A stretch of DNA of 62,591 bases, the filler included, from Platydemus manokwari (lineage: Eukaryota), in NCBI GenBank assembly GCA_037951405.1. It is 6 parts of 6 records of this genome, joined end to end, with 100 filler letters (N's around TTAATTAATTAA, not from the genome) between each part and the next. Parts side by side here need not be neighbours in the genome. Positions count along the whole stretch, not along the records: positions 44,459 to 53,591 come from JBBMOY011294873.1; positions 53,692 to 62,591 come from JBBMOY011332427.1; 4 more parts are not named here. The stretch is one strand, 5' to 3'. The position numbers were made by a program, and so were the translations under genes. The notes under the pieces were generated by a model. It was given only the letters and a program-made list of their open reading frames with translations, was not told the DNA's origin and ran no database searches. Positions 53,377-62,591 of this stretch are shown here, one piece after another. Position 1 is the stretch's first letter. Each line of letters opens with the position of its first letter.

Positions 53377-53500
53377 CAGGGGGATTCATAAATCTTCGTC
53401 TCTATAACTAAAATAAAACAACAGTAAGAACAAACTAAATGTATTGCGTTACTTTAATGTAAAACAAAACACAATAACAGTAAGAACAAATAACTGTAAG
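53377..53500. mobile_element. Partial copy (left end) of the MITE at 57544-57785
   Basis: GATTCATAAATCTTCGTCTCTATAACTAAAATAAAAC...GTTACTTTAATG...ACACAATAACAGTAAGAAC matches the first approx. 125 bp of that element. Confidence 0.8.
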
Positions 53501-53591
53501 TAATACACAACTTTATAGTACCAGGTTGAGTCAAAAGTTATTCATGTTTTTATGCAGGTATTTTATTAACACAAATTGTTATAACGCTGAA

Positions 53592-53691
53592 NNNNNNNNN
53601 NNNNNNNNNNNNNNNNNNNNNNNNNNNNNNNNNNNTTAATTAATTAANNNNNNNNNNNNNNNNNNNNNNNNNNNNNNNNNNNNNNNNNNNN
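53592..53691. other. Artificial contig linker
   Basis: N44-TTAATTAATTAA-N44. Confidence 0.97.
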
Positions 53692-56600
53692 TTTCCGTTT
53701 TTAAATTTTGAATTATAATATTTTCCGTTCTCAACTAGTGTGTCATATTTTTTGGGCTAGGTTGGACTTTACCTATTTAATATTCAAGGAATATCTTCAA
53801 ACAACTGTATTACTCTAAATTTGTTAATAATAAATAAATATTTCATAATCAAAAAATTCAATTTCAATTTACGCTCTTTCAGCAACTTATTTAGAAAGTT
53901 TTACGTCGTTAAATATTGAACCATAAATTAGTATTATACAAAACTAATATAAAGCATATGACCATATTAATTGCGGGGGTGAGACAGACTTATTGCAATG
54001 TTATCATTCTTGTGTGAAATATTAAGATAATAAGATAAAATTATTGGATGAAATGCATAGTAAATTATATATTGGAAATGTTAGATTCTGAAAATAATAA
54101 TTAGATTAATGAATACTCAAATATTGAAACTATCAGAGATTTAGAAAATGTAATTGATAAAAATTATTAAAATGAATCACATATAACAAAGCGGAAAGTG
54201 CATTCTACCTAGCAACATACGAAGAATTAAGGAAAAAACCATGAAAGTTATTATGTCTAGAAATAAAGGAACATTGGTGGCTACAATGGCAAGTAAATCT
54301 GAAATCATGAAACAATAAAAATATCTAATCCAGATGAAGCACTTGATAGAAGGGATTTGTTTTACGATTTCGATTTTAAAACTATAATAAAATATTTTTG
54401 AAAAACTGTCTCTAAAATGGCAATAAACAAGAATAAGCTAGATAAATACTGGTTAGGATGTTAATAAATGGATGATTATCGATATAATCATTGTTAAAAA
54501 TATGGATTCATTGTTACAAAATGTTATATCAAATAATAGTTACAAATTAAAGAATGAAATATCATGCATTAAGTAAAGAAGCATAAGTCACCCGTTTCAA
54601 ATGTGAAGAAAAATATGATTTTTTTAGATGCAGTAATGCAAAGATGAAATTAATAAAACTTTTTGAATAAGATGATAATGTATAATATTATTGAGATTTG
54701 GCCACCGTAGCTCCTCTTATTCACAAGTACCTAACAATGCTTTTCTCTATCTGTTTTATCGATTGAATACTAGGATTTCAAAATGTATACAATATCTACC
54801 GTCTAATGGCTTAATCATCGAATAATTTGGAAAAATACCAGCTTTTCAAGGTTTTTAAAATCGTGACAAATTGCTTGCCCTTTGAATATTACTTTCACTT
54901 CGATTGTTGAATGTATTGGCCTAGTTTTCTTTCTATCAGTTCTTTGTATTAATTCGACATTTTATTTCGAAATCTTAGGCTTGGTATATTTAATTACAAA
55001 ATTCAAAAATTGTTAATAAAATAGAACGCTATGATTGAGCAGTTTGTGCATTTGAAACCATTAAAGTATGGTCAATCCAGTTATCATTAATTGATTTGTT
55101 GATTGTTGTTCTAGGACTGGTGTGGTTCATTGTAAATGAAATGTATTAATTTATTTCGTTTCAGCCTTTTCCATTACCCAATATGTTTTTTCGTTTGACA
55201 CTTCTAACTGACGAAATAGTGAGAATTGCGCCTAATGTAGATTCTGGTTCTTCTTTGATTTATGTGTTATTATCTGTTTGATGTGGCAACTACCTTTGTC
55301 AGCAAGTTACTGAACCAAAACATTGATAAACCCGTAAATTCTTCTCTTTTATATGCAATGAAAATCTTCATTTAATTATTATTAATTTACAATTAAGGTT
55401 GAAGAATTTATCGCTTTGACCTGTGAAAATCAATTAAAATTTTAGCTCCGTTTTCTATTCGCATCAACGGAAATAATGCTTCATAATTTATGGCTTTTCA
55501 GGATTCTTAATTCCTTTCAATTTAAGTTATTTTCTCCACAAAGTAATTATCCATGATTTTAGATTGATATATTCATCACCAATTTGTTTTATACATCGAT
55601 AAAATCAGTTAGCTATTCATGAAAATGTAGTCAGTTATATATGGCTGACATTGACATGTTATATCAAATCTGCTTACATTTCATTTGTTAATTGATTCAA
55701 TATTTCCAACAACCATAGATGATCATATTATTTATACTCTTATTTATATTTATTGTAAGCCTTTGCCATGTTATAAAGCACACATTGAAACCAACTGAGA
55801 AGTCAAAACACAAAATTATATGTATTTCAATGAAATTATATAAACAAATTAATCTAATTTTAAATAAAATTTGAATTAAATTTTTTAAAATTTTATTCAA
55901 TGAAAAATTCTCACATTTATGTGACTTCTTAATTACATTTATAGTTGCATATATACATGCAACTTCTCGTAATCATATTATAAAATTTTTTACAAAATAA
56001 ACATCGCCTCCGTTGGTTTATCTGGTATCGTCGTTTAACTATATCATTTATATATTGATTTATTATCCATGTTTGTTTTCTTACTTCACAACGTCTCTGT
56101 GAATTTCCATTGGATTGAGTAAATAAATATTTAAATTCATTAATATATACATGATCTTTAAACTAATATAAAATTCGATCGTCTTTTTCTAAACAATAGG
56201 ATCCTATTTTGTGAACAACCGAACTTTGATATTCATTTTTCTGTTACTAGATTTCTCGAAAGCCAATTTTCGTTAAAAATCTTAATTTTTGTTCCAGTAA
56301 CGATCCTGTTCCCTAATTTATATTATCCTTACTTATATTAACGCTCGTTCTAGGATATTTGTAAGAACACGTTTGGTAACAAATCTATGAATTAATAAAT
56401 GTATAGGAATAATGAATTTCATACTATATCATTTGTTCGTAAATTGAAATGCAGTATGGATTAAGTATAAAAATTATAAATTACATTTTCAACACGGTTT
56501 ATAACTTTAGTTCTTGAATCAACCATATCGATCGATGAAAGAAAAGATATCATTCAAGTATTCAGCAATTCTATTATCGATACAGGTAAATATTGATTAT

Positions 56601-57150
56601 AAATTATTGATTATTACAACATACATTGTTAAATAAAATGTAACCCAATATTGTCGTGAAATGTTTTCAAATTGAAAATTTTGAAATAATGGTAAAGTTA
56701 TGTAAAACAATCAATTATAATTACATTAATATCTTTAGAGTCATATGGACATAAATGCCATTTATATTATTAACTGACCATTAACGATATCTCGTAGCAC
56801 AATTCTATTTCTAAACAGTGTTATGCTTGTCCAAACTGCTCCACCTAAACAGTTCCAACGAGATTTTAAATTATGTATATCTTACGAGTTTTATATTCGC
56901 CACTTTAAGCAGCTAAAGCTTAATATAGAATGGAGATCGTTCTTTCTTAAATTCATTATTATAAAGATAAAATAGCCAATTATTTTTTTTAATACTTATT
57001 TACTTAGTTTGATTTGATTCTCCCTTACTAATAAAATACTTTGTAGTGTATAACACTGGTATAACACTCTAGTATAGCAACTGTTTCATAATTTATATAT
57101 TTCAATTATAAAATTCTGATGATAATTTATTATTATTGAATTCATAAATG

Positions 57151-57407
57151 TGTGTTTTACAATTCATCTTCAATGTTTAGCCATCACAAAAAATGACCAA
57201 TCAACTTCATCCGTACTGACAAGTAATTATAAAACATTATTATTATTGTTTTCGTTAGTATTATTATTATTGTTGTTGTTTTCGTTATGATTATTTTAAT
57301 GATTTATAATAAGTGTGTTTTACAACTCATCTTTAATGTTTAGATTTCGAACCAAATGATCAATAAACCTCATCTCTACTGGCAGGTAATTAATTATAAA
57401 ACATTAC
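57151..57407. repeat. Local direct duplication (about 90-bp units at 57151-57240 and 57315-57407)
   Basis: TGTGTTTTACAA(T/C)TCATCTT(C/T)AATGTTTAG...TACTG(A/G)CA(A/G)GTAATT...ATAAAACATTA occurs twice. Confidence 0.85.
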
Positions 57408-57543
57408 TATTATTTACATAATTAGGCAAGGACCAAACATATTTTCAATATATCATTGTGACATTTCATGATAAACTTATACCTTAAATATTGATGTACT
57501 ACCTATATTTTATAATATATTATGTTATTACTAATATAATATA

Positions 57544-57785
57544 CCGTATGATTCATAAGTCCCTGCCTCTAAAACTAAAATAAAAACAGTAAAAATAAAC
57601 TAAATTTATTGAGTTACTTTAATGCACAAAAGACACAATATCAGTAAGAACGAATAACGGTAAATAATAAGCAATGTCTCGTTAATTTGCGCCATAATTC
57701 TCTTACAAAACTTACCACCTTTTCCTTCTTTTTGTGTTTTGTTGTTTATTTTAGTTTTAGAGACGAAGACTTATGAATCACACGG
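57544..57785. mobile_element. TA-target (Tc1/mariner-type) MITE, 242 bp
   Basis: Approx. 40-bp TIRs: CCGTATGATTCATAAGTCCCTGCCTCTAAAACTAAAATAAA versus reverse complement CCGTGTGATTCATAAGTCTTCGTCTCTAAAACTAAAATAAA. TA dinucleotide on both flanks. Confidence 0.88.
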
Positions 57786-58452
57786 TATATAAATATTTTG
57801 TGTTATTAATAAGATTTTGGTAAATTTTAAGACAGATTGGCACGCGAACCAATAATTATAAAACTATTATTTTAATTACAATGTCAAATATTCAATATTA
57901 AAATCTTATTGACCATCACTGTCTTTGAAAAATTATTTCTCATCAACTTTAAAATCTGTATTTCTAATTTGATAAATTGATAAATATTTAGGCATTACAG
58001 TTTTCGGATTTATTTACTTATATGGTTCTCATATATAAATTTTATATTTGCATCCTCTTACTTGTGATGTTTGTGTAATATTTTAGTAGACCACAAATGT
58101 TTTGTACGTATAACGTTCATAAATCATTGTATTTTACATTTTGTGATGAAGACGCTAGATGAATCTCTTATGTTTTGATTTTAGCACTTGCAGAAAAGTG
58201 TATGACGATACCAGATCAATTGAAATGATGATATCTACAACAAATAACTCATTGATAAAATAAATTCGTAAACATTCCCACTCATCGAAGATAGAATTTT
58301 CTATTCACTAATGAAATTAAATAATATTTGACATTTTATAATTTCTTTCAAATATTGTTTTCCAATCATTGAGCATAACATATGGATTCATTTAGAATTA
58401 TATATGAAATAATAATTTCGCTTTTATCGATAACTTTAATGCTCTATTATAG

Positions 58453-61400
58453 ATTTCAATGTGTCTTTGACTGATGAAGATGAATTAGATTTTGACGCTT
58501 TATTTGGAGAAGTAAAAAATAAATCTCTAAAGGAATTCTTAGATTTTCAACCCGTTACAAATGGTAATAGTAACAGATAACATTGTATCTGGTGGCTATC
58601 TTATTTTAGAGTCAGAAATACTCCGAGTTCGAAACTATCAACAAGAGCTTGTACATGACGGGATATCTGGAGAGAATGTGCTCATCTGTGCTCCAACTGG
58701 TAGCGGGAAAACGATTGTTGCTATTAAAATTGTCGAGGTTACACCATTTCTAAATTTTTGACATATTGATAATTTTTATGAGAAAATATGTGTGTATGAG
58801 CGTATATAGGTAGGGTTTGAATTAATATTTCTAATTCAGGAGAAGATTAATCGATACTTTGATTCCAAGCCTGTATAGTTTTTACTATAATTATAGGATT
58901 AAAAATTTTATATTAACTCCTAATTAGAATTGACTTGTAAATAATCAATCTTTGGTTTGGCATTTCTCATGAACATATTAATATGGTTGGTTTGTAATTA
59001 AAAATTCATCAAGCTATGAATTATATATACGAAACCGTGATCAACTAAATTAAAATACAAGAAATTGATGTCTAAAAGTGTCATGAAAATGTTATGTCGC
59101 GCAATGTTTATTAAATTTCTATTTTATTTTAAATGAATTTCAAAGCCTCAAATCTTAACAGTATATCATTTTATCAATTGTCTCTTGGTGACTGATCTTG
59201 GTGATGGTAAGTCGATATTAGTGGCCCAATAGTTTCCATCAAAAATTTTCAATAAATTATGTCAGTTATGATTATACCTGTGAAAATTAATGTTTTTTTT
59301 AAAAAAGTGCCTAATAAAATTTTGTTGATAAAATAGTTATCTTAAAAATACCTTTGAACATATTCTTTAAAAATAGATATAATATGGTTAATTGATATCA
59401 AGTATATTAACTCTTTCAAATGTACTTCGGACTAGACTTGTATGAAGAAGTATGAAGAAGTGATCTTTATCGATGAATGTAGATTTTAAATGAATGAGGA
59501 AATTAATTATAATTTTTACAATTTATTGTTCTTTAATACTCTGAGCATTGTTTTATAAATTTGATAATTGCTTGACAATTTTAATAAATTCAAGATTCCC
59601 CTAGTAAAACCTAATATTTACATTGTTTTTATTATTAATAATGTTGTTATTGTTCTAATTTTTTATGGATTATAAATAATATTTGAAAACGAAAGTTAAG
59701 AATTACTTTTTTTATAAACCAGGAACATTTTAAATCCAATTCATCGGCCAAAGTTGCATATATCGTACCGACGAACGAACTGGTAAAGCAGCAAACAATT
59801 AAATTTATGAAATATCTCAGTCATCTTAACATCATCCAAAGGAGCGGAAATTTAAAATCTGGAAACATTGCTCTAAATTATCTGATTCCAGGAAATGATG
59901 TATTTATATTGACCCCTGAAATATTGAAAAATGCCATAACTAGAAATAATGATGATTTGACAAGGTTTAGTTCATATATGGTCGTAATTCTCTATCAAAA
60001 TATTTGATTATAGTTCCATTGGTGATTTTACTATGTTAATCTTTGATGAATGTCATCATTGTGACAAGAGTCATTCATATAATCAGATTATGAATTTTTA
60101 TTTTAAAAACAAAGATTCAAAACAAAAGATTCCACAAATTATTGGGATGACAGCCAGTACTGGTACGGGTAAAGCAAAATCAATTGATGAAGCAGTCGAA
60201 TATCTGTTTAGTTTATGTGCGAATCTCGATTGTAAAAATGTCTCGACAGTCAAGCTGCACATTGCTGATCTTCTGGAAAATATTAACAAAGCAGCTCATG
60301 GTAAGGATTTCAAATATTGATTTTGACACGTCAATTTTTCGGACAATCAAGCACAATTTTCTTCTTTTCCTCTTTATGCTTACGTTTTATTTGGATTCTT
60401 TATCCGGCTATTTTATTTATCTTTCGTTTTTTTTTAAATTCTATTTTCATTGTAAAATTTATTTGTATTGATTATCACTTGTATTATAGAAATTTTAACT
60501 CCAAAACAGCGCACTTTCGATAATTTTGAAACTAATCTTATTGGATTGATGTTATCAACTGAAACAAGGATTCGACAATTATTAGGTTTTTTATATTAAT
60601 CAATAATTATGTAGAAACAACATTTAATAGGTTCAGTGCCCGTCACTATTCCAGAAGATAAATGGCATGATAAATATATCAATTTTATAAGTACATTGCG
60701 CCAACAATCGACTTTAAAACAAGAAACCGTCGGTAAAGAATTGAGGAATTTAGCGGAATATCTTGAGGTTAGTTATTATCATTACTGAAATGTCGGACTT
60801 CATGTTAATTTTCGATAATTTCTTTTTATTGAAGATCTTTGATGTGATTTGAAAACAAGCGAATGTGATTAAACGAATGGTATTTATTTATCAATTTGTT
60901 TATCCAGAAATACGATTTATCTATCAAAAATAAATATCCAACAAATTCATCAACAAATGGAACATTAATAGAAAAATTGAACTAATAATCAAAAACTATG
61001 TTTATCGTTTGTTTAAAGTTATATCGTTTTTGTTATTTTGTTTGTCATAATAATTTCAATTAATCTTCTCGAACCAATAGTTCTCTCTTTCACTGGACAC
61101 CAGAATGAAAAATAAGAATTATTTAAAAAATCAGAGAAAAAAGGTTAACTATTGTTGGTTGAGATACTTTTCTAAAGTTGTTGTCATTGGGATATTTGTT
61201 TATTGACAACATCAGAAATATAACAAAAATTGTTCGAATTGTTGGCTTGAATAATCGTTCCATATAAATTTCACTTGATTACTATATTCGACAAAATAAA
61301 TCATTGAAAAGTTGTGTATCTTTTCTGAATTTTTATATTTATAATAATTATTATAATTAATGAGGATTCCTAGTAATTTCTTGGTCATACATTTAAATTA

Positions 61401-62071
61401 TAATGACAACTTTCAATGGGGAAGCCAAAGGTGTTTATTAAGTTTTTTTTAATTTCTTAAATTGGACTATCCAATAGTGCTAACAATGTGTTTTTTCCAT
61501 AAAAAATGTAAATTTAAGTTTCGTATTAAACCTAGCATATGATTATTTAAATTAAAGTTATTTCTTTGTGCGAAATCAATATTTTAAAAAATACATTGTT
61601 TAAAATCCCGATTGACAAACAGTATGCAATCTCTCAAAGACAATTAATGTATGTTATTTCTTTAAAAAACCTCGTATTATTTTTCATGTTATATAATAAT
61701 TAATCCAATATTAAGAAAAAGATAATAAAATTACACTTTAAAATATATACTTACATAATTATATTTATTTTAATCTAAGTAATACAAAAGAAATTCTATT
61801 GTTACTTTATCAATTTATTAAAAATAAAATTAATTATTTTGAAAATATTCAAAAATTATCTCTTTACACATAAACCAAAATCATTTTAATTTTAAAAAAT
61901 TCGAATTTTTCGAAAGCATAATATCGCATTGAAATTTATAAATTTAGGTATTCTATAGAGCATTATTGGTAAATAATTTGTTTACCAGTTCTCAAGCTTT
62001 GAGAATGATTAAAACTTTGGAGAATAATTTAATGGGAACAGTTGATAAAACCATTGAAGACCAAGTAAAAA
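58453..62071 (+). CDS. RIG-I/MDA5-like (RLR/DRH) DExD/H-box RNA helicase, partial (Hel1 and Hel2i; 5' exons unresolved, 3' part missing)
   Basis: Phase-consistent exons 58453-58563, 58610-58737, 59723-59964, 60014-60300, 60490-60585, 60631-60767 and 61948 to about 62071. Motifs RNYQQEL, ICAPTGSGKT, IVPTNELVKQQ, LTPEIL, IFDECHH and IGMTAS, plus the RLR-typical GTGKAKSIDEAVEYLFSLCANLD. Confidence 0.9.
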
Positions 62072-62591
62072 GTAAAATTTATTATGGTTTTATTTTTCAT
62101 TTTTGTTGTAATGAATTTTCAGACATTTTAAAAATCGTTATTATTCTGTAGTAACGATAAAATCTAAGTGAAAATTGAAATATAATTCTATCACAATAAA
62201 AATTATTTATTAATTGGTGCATTTAAACAGTCTGAGTAATTGAAGTTTTATTTAAGGTAACTGTCTCTCGGCATCAATCTTTAAAATATTAGTATTTGAA
62301 TTAATATTTGAATTAATATAAAACAAATTTTAAAATTTAGTTATTTTGTCAAAGTAAAGTATTAGCGCTAATACCTCAAATCTAACGGAATTCTCAAAAT
62401 TAGTAAAACTTTTATAATGTTTAAAGTACTAATGTTTGCATTTTATGAATAATTTGAGAATAAATATATAAAAATAATATTAATTCTCAGGATTTATTTT
62501 CAATTCGAAAATGTATTATGCTTCAACTACATACATTAATCTATAGTTTATTGATTCTTTAACAATTGAATTAAAAATTTTATATAATCTA

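Noticed and set aside
11963-53691. Recurrent TTAATTAATTAA palindrome as a biological motif
   Set aside because: It is always centred in 100-bp N runs, so it is an assembly or concatenation linker.
34546-62071. An immune/selenium gene cluster of SPS2, MARCH, SPICE1 and RLR
   Set aside because: Only SPS2 and MARCH share a contig; the others are separated by artificial linkers.
186-62151. Numerous 60-100 aa F/I/L/K/N-rich ORFs in AT-rich DNA (e.g. 682-912, 19120-19338, 47187-47429, 55697-55900)
   Set aside because: Their composition is what random AT-rich or low-complexity sequence yields; no motifs or splice-consistent structure.

Overview
AT-rich eukaryotic (probably invertebrate animal) DNA, made of six contigs joined by identical 100-bp N44-TTAATTAATTAA-N44 linkers. 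Contig lengths fall steadily (11962, 11272, 10665, 10159, 9133, 8900 bp), so adjacency across linkers is probably not biological. Genes have short GT-AG introns (mostly 43-85 nt), so the ORF track fragments or misses them. Host genes reconstructed by hand: (1) a 6-exon selenophosphate synthetase (SEPHS2/SPS2) with an in-frame UGA-Sec codon (KGUGCKVP) and a SECIS just after the stop; (2) a MARCH-family RING-CH E3 ligase; (3) a 9-exon SPICE1-like centriole gene; (4) a RIG-I/MDA5-like DExD/H helicase cut off by the window end; (5) a putative orphan secreted glycoprotein. Other features: two tandem type-III-topology hammerhead ribozyme motifs with cleavage sites 107 nt apart; a decayed Ty3/Gypsy element with an env-like membrane-protein extension and a further accessory ORF region; a degenerate antisense 18S rRNA pseudogene; a mariner transposase fragment; hAT and TA-target MITEs; solo LTRs; a 17-bp minisatellite; and local duplications. 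All calls were made by eye; no searches were run.
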